A stretch of DNA of 64,000 nt from Orbicella franksi (taxonomy: Eukaryota): contig OZ116699.1 in the NCBI GenBank assembly GCA_964199315.1, positions 20,522,001 through 20,586,000 on the forward strand. The letters run 5' to 3'. Of the stretch, positions 34,433 to 55,982 are shown in pieces (position 1 is the first letter of the stretch; each line of letters starts with the position of its first letter). The translations under genes and the position numbers were made by a program. Under the pieces are notes generated by a model. It was not told where the DNA came from and did no database searches. It saw only the letters and a list, made by a program, of their open reading frames with translations.

Positions 34433-37400
34433 ATGGACTCAAAGGAGGTACAGTTCAGTGTCTTTTTAGGTTAACACGATAGAAAAGAATGATTTATGTG
34501 TAACACACCAAACTGAAATAATGCATTTCGCCATCATAGCTAAGATCCGTTGTTTATCGTCCTGATCAGATCACCTTCGTCATTCGGCGACTTTACCTTC
34601 GTATTCGCGTGTTTCTTTAAAATTTCCACTAAACAGTAAAAAGTCAAGTGTTAAATATATCATAGTCTGCAAGTTAGAATAATTACCTTCAACTGCTGTT
34701 ATAGAGGTTGTCTGCAGGATGGCAGGGTTCTGATACAATGTTGATGCCAGTTGCATAGCAGTAAATTTTCCTCAGTTGTAAGCGAAAGATCAACACATGG
34801 AACTATTTTGCTGTTGTAGGTTGTCATCAAAATCTGTGATCTGAACCCTCATGTGGTTTGCAGTTTGTGCGCAGGATACTTTGTTGATGCCACGACTATT
34901 ACAGAATGTCTGCATACCTGTATGTACAGAAATTGTCCTGTTCTTTTTACATGAGTTGTATGTCGTATCTGCACTAGAACAGATCATTTTTGATCTATAT
35001 TGGTTAGTGACCAGGCGTGAGGTCAAGATGGCTTGATATTGGTTAAGTTCTTTTTTTGCGTGGTTATGGCTGAGACAGAGTCAAGGTCCATAAACATGCA
35101 AAAAGAGAACAATGCCAATATCAAGCCATCTAGACCGAACAAGCTTGGTCAATAAAGGATTTATAAAAAGAACACTTTTCTTGAGACCTTTACCTTATTT
35201 CAGACCTGATCCAAAAGCATTACATTATTTTAGATCAGACTCTACCCAAGACCTGCTGTGGTTTGAATTAACAATAAGGAGGACTGAAATTTCATGCTTA
35301 GGACTAAAAGGGCCTAAATGGTCATTCCATCTTTTTTATCCTAGTTTGCAAAAGCTGTATTGTGAAATACTTCCAAACCAGCAAGAATTGTCCCATGTGC
35401 AATCTGCAGATACATGAAACCCAACCGCTTTTCAACCTCAGGTAAATCAGTAATCCATTAAGAATCAAAATACCTAATTGTCAAAATGGTTATGAATTAT
35501 TGCAGTCTCTTTTGCATTGAACATAGTAACCTCCAGCTTCAGTTACAACCCTATTAAAAATGAGTTAAATATGCAATTTTTACAATTGGTTGTCCCAGAC
35601 AATATCCATACCCCTCCCATGGAGGGTTTTTTGGTTTGAACTCCCCCCTTCCCTCTGCAAATTCTAGGTTTTGTTCATACTTTCCTTTAAAATGTTGGCT
35701 TTTGGGGTCCCCCTCCCCCTTGGAATTTCCAATAACACTTTTTGGGTGGGTATGAATATGCTCTGGAACTGCAAAATAATAATTTATCGATAAAGTGAAA
35801 CTAATTGGAAGGAGATGCCAGGGGAACAGAGTCAGCCGGAGAGTGTTCCTGAAGAAAACGATAGACAGGCAACGGTGGCGGCTATGGTAATGGCCCTATG
35901 CACACAAGGACAAGAAGAGGATTGAGCGAACAAGTGACACTAACTAACATTGCCATGTATGAGGCCTTCCAAGGGATAAAAGCGACAAGCAACATGAAGT
36001 TGAAAACCAGCGACACGGGAATTTCTAGTCAGCAACAAGCAAATCAAATGCACCCCTAAAATTTGACAGCGACATAAGAAGCACTAGAAAAGTGGTCGAT
36101 GTTGCTGCCCTTTTGGTTGTTTTGCCTATTTATATAGAGATTGTAGTCTGCAAATGTCAGAAACTTGTGTTTTTCCACTGAATAAACTCTCTAAAAAAAC
36201 AATGGTGTAGTGACAGCAACATATGACTTCATGCAGAAAAACGACAGGGACATTTGTTTCCGCTGGTTAGGCGACATCGGTACACGAAAGGATGTGGCAT
36301 GCGACACAACTAACCCCCTTGGAAGGCCTTGTGTATACTTGTCAGTTGAATATTCAATGTTTGATCATTACAACACCGCACAGGTTAGACAGAACAATGC
36401 AAGACATTGTGGCTAAACTTGTTCCTGGGATTGTTGAGGGTAAGCCTGCTAATTTTGTTTGATGCTGAATGTTAGAGGTGCACAGTTATTTGAAGTTACA
36501 ATGGCTAAGGACCATGATGTTGTGTCTGATCATGAAGGTGGCTCCTTACAAAGATTGTTTCTTGTTGTGGGTTATGCTTTACAGGTAAACTGAAAGGATG
36601 GAGCAATGGACTGCTTTTAACAGCAACAACAACAACAACCATTTTATTTTGCATAATACAGAGAATATCATTCAGCAAAAGAATACATCAAACTTAAATA
36701 AGCATAAAAACTACTCAAAATAGTAAAAACTAAACGAGCTTTAATTATTATGCTTTAAATCGGTTGTAAGAAAAATAAAGAAAAGAAGAGGTGGAAAGAG
36801 AAAAAATATATATAGATATAAATATAAAAAGAAATATAAGTAGTAACAGTACCAGTTATAGACAGAGCATTGTTTTATGGGCCTGATTGCATTTGTTGTT
36901 GTTGTCATTGTGGTTGTTGTTGTTGTTGTTGATGGTGGTGATGCTGTTTACACCAGAATGTACATCAGCTTGGCATTGACCATAATTATTATTAAATAAA
37001 ATATGAGTTATGCAATCATGTTTTGTTGGTCTTTGTGTTTAGCTGAAGAGAAGAGAAGACGGGAATTCTATGAGTCCAGAGGGATGGCAGTAGTGAAACC
37101 TTCTCAGGGTAATAAAACTTGACCAAATGTGTACATTGCATAATATTATTTTTTCTTATCACTTGTTGTGCTAGTGTGATTTCATGCATTGCAAGGCTGA
37201 TAATAGTTTTCTTTTCTAGCTACAAATATACAACTTACACTAGAATATAAACTTCATTGACTGTGATATTCATACAATTAAATTTTAATTAGTTAATAAT
37301 ATTAATGAAATATTAATACAATTAAAGCCCCATACACCCACCATGATAAAGTTTAGAAGGAATATTTTCTACTTGTGATCGTTTGATTGCATTTCCATCC

Positions 37401-39898
37401 CTTGTAACATTGGGTTTCATCTTTGAAAAATAAATTTACCGGGATATTAGACTTTATTGTCTGCAGTAGCCATACATTTTGAATCAACGAAAGGAGTTCT
37501 TCTTAAGTTAACTAATAGTTGCCCCCATTTTTCTTTTCAGATGAAAATGAGAATGAAAAACCAACAACAGAGAATGTGGTTAAAAGAGACTACTCTGAAA
37601 ATAGGAACTTGTACAGAGATGACGAACAAGTTTCTCTGTGTGTTGAGAGATATGAGGAGAGGTTAGTACAATTCTGCAAGCATAGAACTGCAGAATAGTA
37701 CTGCACATATAAATGGCAGGGTTATGAAGAGCTTATCATTAGTTCAGTGGAATCTGGATCAAGTAGGTCAGGTTGTAGTCTTTGCAGAGTCTTTAGCAAG
37801 ACCCTTTCCCTTTGCAGTGCCTCTATGTACCTATGTGTGTAAATAAGTAGTGGCGTGAACTAGTGGTAACCTAACATAATGCTAACAGGTCAGCTGCAGT
37901 GCTGAGAGTAGCCTCCCATCCAGTGGGAGTAGTAATCCTTGTGTTTGTTCCACACTAGAGAAACCAGAGTTCAGTGTTGTCACCAATAACCTGTCTGTTC
38001 TCTCCTTTACTCCAAGTGAATAATTGTGTACCATAAAATGTTACATTGCAAACTTTTAAAGTGTATATGACATAGAGGATATTACATGCCCGTGCGTGGA
38101 TACGATGTAATATTCTGTTTATTATGTAAACATACCAATGACGACGTTTTTGACGATTTTCCGACGATTTCCAACCACTTTCCAAAGATTTCCGAAGATT
38201 TTCCAAAATTGTTCTGAAGGCCAGACGAACGCCTCCGAACATTTTGTGAAGATTGCCGAACACGACCGAAGAAGATCCGCAGATGTTTCGATCATACATC
38301 AACAAATTTAAGTGTAGTTAAAGGGACAAAAGAAAAATGTTATCAAAAAGGAATGATATCTTCACAGTGTGAAAGATAATAATAGTATCTTCACTGCGTA
38401 CGATGAAGATATGATTTTTTAGTAAAAAAAAAAATCCTGGTATTTCATTGGTGTTTATATAATAAACATTTTTTTTTACCCGGTGTTTGTTTCTTTGCAA
38501 TAAACATGCAATAAACGAAATCTGGTTTAGATATGACGAAAAAAAAAATTTCGTTACTTTCTGCCACCTGAAGTTCACCCATTTTCGTTGCATATAAGAC
38601 AGCGCGAGTAATGAAACAGTAACCTTGGCTCTTACATACCATCAGCTATTAATATGAACATTCTTTTTTTCCCATTTGTTTTAACAGCGTGGAAGAAAAC
38701 GGAGATGAGACAGAAGACAGCAGAACAACAGAAACCGTGGGGGTAGGTTTCAAAGATATAACCCTGCTTTTTACTGTCATCTCAAAAGAAGAACAAAATT
38801 ATGGTGGAGAACTTTCTTCTGTGTTTGTGCGTTTTTTGCAGACACTGAGTAAGAAATACTTGCGTTGTTCAGCTCGGATGATGGTTGTTCAACTTCAAAA
38901 GCTATTGAGAATGAAACTCAACATCCCAGAGGAGAAAGAGGTGTGTTAACCATACTTCTCTTATGTTAAAGCTACGTTTTCTTTGTGCCAGGTATAATCA
39001 TTCTCTACGCTTACTTCACGTAAAATAGCACCCTAAGTTTCTGCGCTGAGTTAGTGACTGACCTGCATCTAAATGAGCTAACCATTAGGAAACTTTGGAC
39101 AGAAATAGCTTTAGAACAATTTTATAGGTTGATTCGTGGGAAAGTAGGAGCATTTGCTAATTGCTAGAGCAAACCAGTGTACGTGTATATGGATGGGAAC
39201 CGATATCAGCCATCATCAGTGCAGCTGAAAACTAAATAAATGAAATGTTCGATGTCGTATTGATTATGTATTCGGTGTTATTGCATACGTTTTAACTCTT
39301 GTTACGTTCGCATGCTACAGGTTGAAATTGTGTGTAATGAACACGTGATACACCCATTCAGAACCATGAAGTTCATTTGGATAAGTGAGTGGTTAAACCG
39401 GGTAAGTCTGAAATATTTGTTGTCCTATTTTTGGGAGTTTGCGAACGCGCAAGTGCTTTTCTATCAGAGCTCAGGGAAGTACACGAAATTGGAAATTATA
39501 GTGAAAGAATGAAATGTAATGTCAAAATTTTATACTGGTCAACATCTTTCGTGAAGAAGCCGGACGAAGCTAGAAAGTGTGGATAGAAAGTGAGCAGACA
39601 TGTGATAGTCCTCTGAATCGTTGTTATACCGTAAACTAGTGAAGATGAGGGCCAATTTTCCTTGGTGAAAGTTACTGTTATTATGATTGACGATTTTTTA
39701 CGCATCCCGGATAGCGTTAAATTGTCTCGAAACCAAGACGAATGGTGTGGGAGCACGATGAGGGATGAGAAAGGGGCAGGCCATCCTCAACACGAACCTG
39801 ACCCAGCTTCATTGTCCTTCATAACACAGAGTTTATTGTTTTTGCTCCCTCAGGCACCGCCCATGGTTTTACATTATCGTGTTCACGGTGCCTCTTGA
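34433..39898 (+). CDS. PCGF1: Polycomb group RING finger 1 (variant PRC1.1 subunit), complete, 10 exons, 244 aa
   Basis: Coding exons 34433-34447, 34820-34919, 35345-35441, 36384-36439, 37043-37108, 37541-37661, 38688-38742, 38842-38940, 39321-39401, 39854-39898 (735 nt, phases join). [50 protein letters not shown] matches PCGF1; [28 protein letters not shown]. The first exon/start codon is the least certain part. Confidence 0.9.
37990..38620. repeat. Interspersed repeat in PCGF1 intron 6 with short internal GATTTTCCGA-like iterations
   Basis: Iterated GACGATTTTCC/GAAGATTTTCC motifs at 38140-38260; exact 24-bp match with 2709-2732 (inverted). Boundaries approximate. Confidence 0.55.
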
Positions 39899-40701
39899 AG
39901 AACTGTTACTCGACAACACATCGTTAGGCGTCACAATGGACAGGGCTCCTCAAAGAACACAGAAGACGGAAAACTGTAACTTTGTGACCAACCTCGATCC
40001 AGGAGAGAGAGGTTGCTTTGTGGCATACACAAGTTTCATTCGTTATAACAATGTGCTTACACATTAGATAAAACTTTACGTTTTCCAAAACGTGTTGTCC
40101 TTTTAACGACCAGTGCCAGTCAGGCTTTGATGGGAACACAAGCAGGACACGTCATGCTGCCCACATCTAGTTACATCTTGGATAACACTATATCTTGTTA
40201 GTCAGCTCTGGAAGACTGAATTACAACTGGAAAAGCTTCCTGGCTTATATGTTATACGCCTATCACACCAAAACCTTATTCAACTGGTGTAAAATTAAAG
40301 CCTTGTTGCTTTCTGCCCCTGATATTCATTCATTTAACTTACTTTTACCAGTTTAAGCTGTCACCAGGATATTTGTCGATAAATAAGTACTCGAACTGTT
40401 TGTTCTTGGGCCGAGTCAAAGTTTGATGAGCTGGATTCAATCCGGTGTTATTGCATTTAAAGTCCCGAGTTAATTTGGGGAAAGTTCGAAAGCTATCTTT
40501 TACCACAGTGTTCGGAAAAACTACTTTCATTGATAATACGTTACCTGTTATTATGTACACATTGCATGTATATTTTAGTGTTTTACCCACAAAAGTAGAA
40601 GAAGGATTTGTGTCCTTATACAGTGTTGACCTAATCGAAAAAATAAAGTTTATGATGTCCTCTTTACGTAGTTTACGCCACTTACATATAAAGATTTGTT
40701 A

Positions 40702-41009
40702 GGAGATGACCTCATGGTTAGTGCGCTCGACTCCGGATCGAGCGGTCCGGGCTCGAGCCCTTGCCGAGGACATTGTTGTTTTCTTGGGCAAGACACCCGA
40801 GCAAGCTACTTTACTCTCACTGTACCTCTCTCCACCCAGGTGTACAAATGGGTACAAGCGAATTTAATGCTATTTGGTAACCTTGCGATGGGCTAGCATC
40901 CCATCCAAGAAGGAGGAAAAATACACCTGGTCGCTTCATGCTACAGAAACCGGAGAAAAGCGCCGGCCATGATGGGCTACTTAGCTCGTGTGCAGATTTT
41001 ACCTTTACC
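40702..41009 (+). mobile_element. tRNA-derived SINE between the convergent 3' ends of PCGF1 and PCGF3
   Basis: Head CCTCATGGTTAGTGCGCTCGACTCCGGATCGAGCGGTCCGGGCTCGAGCCC, core CTAGCATCCCATCCA, tail GCAGATTTTACCTTTACC; same family as 24173-24470. Confidence 0.85.
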
Positions 41010-41747
41010 AGCTCGCCAAAAGTGAGACTTTGAGGGAAAAGACATATTCATGAAGTTAGTAGAACAGCCTGGAAATTGAAGAGAAAGTTCCCCTTTTATC
41101 TCCTCCCCGTTCTCAGCCTCTACGTGATCTGCCGGCGGAAGGACCCAGGAAAGGCAAGCAGTTTTGAGGGCTCGTATTTTGAGAATCAGGGATTAACATC
41201 CGATTATAGCAGAAGGCTAATAAGTGGATTATTTCCCGCTCTGAAATTCCTTTTACGTGGGTGGTATGAAAATTATGTTTTGGATCGGTTGAGTTTAAGG
41301 AAATGTGATTTCTCGACTGTCGTCGGACACTATAATGCGGAGTAAATTTGGCGCGCACGAATAAAATTTGCGCCGACATCATCTTCTGGCTAACTCATAA
41401 GTCCTTACGTGTGGGAGCTTAGCAGTCATATCAGTAGTTATCATGACCTATGAACCGTTAAGATATTACAGGGTAAATTTGCCGTCGTTGTCGCGTTGCA
41501 TTCGGTGTTGGTGCAAGCTCGAAAACTGATCACTTTGAAAGTCATATGCCGGGTATATGCACAAAGAACCCGCAGCACGTAATTGAAAGGCACAGTTTCA
41601 TCATATTTGCTTTAACTGAATTTCTAGGACGAACTACCCCCAAGGTTAAGGAAGTTGAACAGAACACATATAACCCACAAGCCGGTGGGTATTTTCTCTG
41701 CGGGTTTCCCCTGACGGGGCATCGAAACTCGCCTCCATTTTCGTAAC

Positions 41748-41915
41748 TACAGTAGAATCCCGATTTTTCGAACCTCCAAGGGAAACGAAACTTGGTTCGA
41801 AAGATCGGATAGTTGAAGAAACCGAGGGTAAAATTACAGCGTTTGACTGACGAGGGGAAACGACGTTTGGTTCGAGTTGTCGGGAGGTTCTAAAAACTGA
41901 GGACTCGAGAATAGG
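41748..41915. mobile_element. Tc1/mariner-like MITE fragment
   Basis: Begins TA|CAGTAGAATCCCGATTTTTCGAACCTCC with internal inverted TTGGTTCGA motifs; the right end is degenerate. Confidence 0.5.
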
Positions 41916-42561
41916 GAAGACCACACGAGAGCCAACCTCGTTCCCAGGACTTCCCAGTGACGAGATTCAGGGAACCCGCTACAGATTGGATCACAAGAGC
42001 AGGGCAGTGGAATATTATTAAAAATTTTGAAAATATAATGTTTGATATCAGTTATCGACTGATACAATGCGCAAGAATGCATGTCTTGTGTACTGTACAA
42101 TAAATATTTCCATCTCTTAAAAAACAGTTATACCTGTTAATAGAACGCAAATAGCAGCGCTTTTACACGCAACGCGCGTAATTATCGAAACGCGTGGATG
42201 AATGGCATATGATGTGTAATTATACACAATTATGACCAAGTCACGATCAAAATTTTTAAAATCGTCCTCACTGGAAAACTCCAGAAATAAAACCGAACTA
42301 TACATTTTCGTACTTAGACGAAGGAATTGATTCATTTTGTATTTTCCCGATGACATATTCTGTCGAAAGAAACAGCGTCGCGTTGGCTCTCGTGGTTGAC
42401 GGCTGCTGTGCTCGTTTGAATCTTTTTTTTCTTTTCACAGCAGCATTGTTTACAGCTGGTAGCAATTCGGAGCTGTCTCGGCAGATGCGTGGAAGAGAGG
42501 CTGGTGCTTGGAAGAGAGGCTGATTCACGCTCTAAGCTTCCTGGTTATTGAGGTAGCCAAG

Positions 42562-51912
<9,351 letters not shown>

Positions 51913-54789
51913 CTACAGTGGTAATAGACTCGACCGGTTATGCGAAACCACGCACGAAGCCCAACAGAACTTTACGCTCTATGCTTGATTTCGGCTAGAT
52001 AATAGTGTTAATGAAGAGTGATGTGGCAAATTTCTGTCAACACTTCGACTTCAGTCAAGATTCTTCAAAATCTCTCCGGCGAGAGCCTCAAAACAAAGGC
52101 CAGAGAGTCGACGAACGTGCCTTTCGACACAAGAGTTTCGACTGGATCAATCAGACCACACGTACAAACAGAGCAAAGAGCCTCAGGGCAGATTTGTTGT
52201 GAGCGGTGGGCGGTCAACATAAAAATTATCCGATCATCAACAATATTCCCGAACAAAGAGGGCAGGCTAGTCTCTTGGGACCTTCTCTTCACGTTGATCA
52301 CTTGAAGCGAAAGAGCGACTTTTACCACGTTCCCTTCATTTGCGCGTGGAAGGGCAAAAAAGTTCGCGCCAACACACGATCGGTTAATTTCCTCCGCTCT
52401 TCCTGTCGGAATCAGTTTTCGTTCCTAGTGTAAAGAGAACGAAGGAAGCTGAGAGAGGCTTGTGGTCTCTTATCTGTAAGCCAAGAATCCAAGGCCTCTC
52501 AATAATGAACCAGTTTTCAATAGAAGACAAACAATGATAATATCTTTAGTACAGCCGAATACGAATAGCGCTTTTGCCGGTGGCTGAACGTGTAATAAAA
52601 CGTTCTTGAATACGTCTATTTACCACGTTTCACGTTTAGACGCCATCGGTTAGAGTGTTTTTTTATGAGGTACAAGAGAATGTTCCTAGATACCGGAAAT
52701 GGAGAATAGATGGCCTGTCAAAATAACTACAATTGGCATGCATCAAATATCACAGAGATTCAAAGGATCCTAACACGACAGCACAAAATGCACGTGTAAA
52801 CCGCCGCTAAACAAGAAACTTCTCGGCAAACTAAGCTAATCTCCCGTGTCCAAACATACAAGCACGGAATGAAAAGCTCTGTGGATTACTAAGGGTAAAT
52901 AATAAAGCTCTCAATCGTTAGGTAAGGCCGGACCAAACTTTTTTTTTTTTATCGATTTTACAGTCTGGCGGTGATCTTATCTTCAGCGACTATGGAATGC
53001 AAACTGAATGAAGGGACAGAATTAAATGTCTTCCGGTCAACAAGTACCTTGTAAATGTGTCCATTTCTTGCTAAATTTAAATGCCTTATCCCTTAAAATA
53101 ACTCCCTCAATTTTGGATCTTGAGAGCTATTGAAGACCAGAACCATTTAATTTCTTCTTGCTGTATACGCCAGCTGACCTCTTGAAGAGCCATTGTAAAA
53201 AAATGTGGAGAGATTGAAACACTTTAAAAACTAACGCGTTTCCGCTTTTTCGAGTGATTCAGTTATCCTAAGTCCTTCACTCAATAACGACGAAGTATTT
53301 AATGTTGCGAAGCGTTTTTACACTGAACTGTCCGAGCTAATATACTTCACCAAACATTGCGCCATCTTCTTAGTTTATACGGACCACAGTTTGACTGGCA
53401 GTCCGACAGGTTATTAGATCTGTAAGAAAATTATATTTACAAGTTGGCTCTGAGGCGTCAAATAATTAAGATTCGCGAGGGATTTATTCATTAGTGGCAC
53501 TTCTGGTCTGCATATGGCTAATTTTTAAGTGCCATTTTCCCTTCAAGTTGGCATGTAATACCGGAATGCAGAGGTCACTAATGAACCTTCAGCAGACTGG
53601 TTTTCAAGAAGTTTTAAACACAGATAACTACATCAGTATGGTGTTTTACTTAGCAGTACATCAATCCGACCTGCTGGAATTTTCTGTCTCATCAAAGACA
53701 ATCAGTTCCTCGAAACAGGGCTTCAAATATTCTGCTAATACTAACAAGATGAACTCGATCAGGATACGGCTGGGATATTATGTACCATCACCCGGAGTGC
53801 AGACAGTGTTATTAAATATAGCAATAATAAAAAGAGTGACAAATGGCACAATAAAACCAATTGCTTCTAGCAGATAATCTTAAAATGGTACTCTACTGGC
53901 AATAGACTGCGCTGTCAGTATATCTGAGTCAGTATCAAACCGAAAAAAGTTAACTGTTAACATTTTGCGGTTTGGCAAGAATGGCTTTTTCCTTGCATAT
54001 ACTATAGTATTTTAGTTTGGATCTGTTACACGAATCAATATTGCTACTGTCATAGTTATTTGCAAGTGAATTGTACAAATACTATTCATTGAAATAAAAG
54101 GAAAAACAAGCAATGGTCCAGAAGCCGAAATCATTTACGTCTTGCACCGTACTGCTCCCAAATGAAACTGACTTTTACGAGCACAATTGAAGACTGGTTA
54201 TATTCTATTGTACAGAGTCAACTGACCTGCACCCGGACTCACGGCTATCGGTCTTAAGATATATCAGTGGTTGGCATGGTGATCACTCAGTATTCCTTAA
54301 TGAGTTCTAAACAAATAGGTTTAGCCGCAAGCCACAGGAGTATTGAGGCCGGCTATCTTTAGTGGATCAGTCCAGATGGTTTTAGGTTGATATTTACTGA
54401 GTTTTCTCCCAAAATTAGTAGGTCACATATGCCGGCTAAACAGGTCTGATCTAACACTGAATTAGAAAGGCCAAGGCTTGTAGGACGAGAAATCGTCCAT
54501 GGGAAAATTCATTTTACTTTGTTACAAATAGATAACTTTTTGGAACTGTTCTCAAATGACAACTGAAAATTGTGAAGCCTGAGTATAAACGACTACGAAA
54601 CAACTGGCAACCGTGTGAGACCTTAATTATGAGAAGCCTCGTGGCTCACATCTCATGAGCCCGAACTCTTTGCGACAAGGGTGACGGTTTAAACTTCAGG
54701 CTAGAATTCAACCTTACTCTACCTTCAAACTGCAGAGCCAAGGACAATCGTCCACTCAGGAGAGTCAGGGTTAGTTACAGTGATAATAA

Positions 54790-55982
54790 CAGGGGCGTAG
54801 CGTCCATATACGCACATATGCTCGTGCGTACAGCTGAAATCTGGAAAAAAAAATTATTCCCTTGTAGCATTTGTCAAAGATACCATAAAATAGGACCGAT
54901 TTTTAAATTTCGGATTATACTGGCCTGTGTGTTTGTTTTTCCAGTACCTTTTAATTAATCCATAAACGACAAGAAACGTTATTTGGCTTCCTAGACTTGT
55001 TAACTCTCTAGTTTTTTAGGAAGCAAACACCCTTTTAGCTTTAATTCTACATTCCAGCGAAGCTCACTGAGCTAACAGAAAGAGCCGTTAATGATATCTA
55101 CAGCTACTTCGGGAGTGACATGGACATCTCTAAGGGCGAATTCAAATCCGAGGTCAAAAGATGGAGGCAAAAGTGGAGTGGAATAGATGGTAATGTGAAG
55201 CCAAAGACTTTGGTTGAGACTCTTGATCATGGTAACCCTAAATTCTATCTCGGAGTTCATGTTGCTGTGATAACATTGTTGACGTATCCTAGGTCAAATT
55301 GCACTGCAATCTCGTTCCCAGAGTCTCCGTTCTCCTTGACCAGCGGTCGGAAAACGAGAGCTCTGGAAGCAACCATTTCGGGCGTGCGCCATAGATGCAG
55401 ACTGCGCAGTGAAACTGGATGGGCAGAATTCGGTTGTTTCAAAATGGTTGCTCCCAGAGCTCTCGTTTTCCGACCGCTGGTCAAGGGGAACGGAGACTCT
55501 GGGAACGAGATTGCTTGCACTGCTGAGCGTAGTTTCAGCAATATGAAGAGACTGAAAACGCCCTCACGAAGTACCATGGCAGACGGGAGATTGAGCTCTT
55601 CAACAAGCTTGCACATTCGCAAGTACCAGGACGTTGACATTGATGATATTATAACAGAGTTCGCTCGTCTAAAGGGTAGACGTCTTGCCCTTTGCTTGTA
55701 AACCCCCTGTTTTTTACCATTGTCTTCCCCCATTCTTTGTTGTATAGTGGGTTACCGAAAACTCTAAAGATGGGTAAAATAAACAACTAACTACGGCATT
55801 TTCCGTCGCATTTATTGATGAAAAAAGTTCCGCGAAAATAGTTCGAAATGGTATTTCTGAAGCCCTAAATTTCAAAATTTTCTGGGGGAGCATGCCCCCA
55901 GACCCCCCTAGCTTGGGGCGCCTTCGGCGCTCCCAATTTCCGCGCTGTGCGTACACCTTCAAAATCTCACGCTACGCCCCTG
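54790..55982 (+). mobile_element. Non-autonomous hAT transposon derivative retaining the C-terminal dimerisation-domain fragment
   Basis: Perfect 14-bp TIRs CAGGGGCGTAGCGT / ACGCTACGCCCCTG; ORF 55120-55701 contains CTAERSFSNMKRLKT..RSTM..RLSS..LHI, typical of hATC domains; no catalytic core; an 8-bp TSD is not cleanly preserved. Confidence 0.85.
55307..55513. mobile_element. 207-bp MITE nested in the hAT relic
   Basis: Long TIRs starting CAATCTCGTTCCCAGAGTCTCCGTT / AACGGAGACTCTGGGAACGAGATTG; 9-bp TSD ATTGCACTG / CTTGCACTG. Confidence 0.92.

Noticed and set aside
36619-36945. (AAC)n and (GTT)n tracts flanking an A-rich stretch as an inverted-repeat element
   Set aside because: Simple-sequence tracts only; no termini or TSD identified.
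55120-55701. 193-aa ORF as a domesticated host gene (ZMYM/THAP12-like)
   Set aside because: Bounded by intact hAT TIRs, lacks the catalytic core, interrupted by a MITE and degenerate in conserved positions; better explained as a transposon relic.
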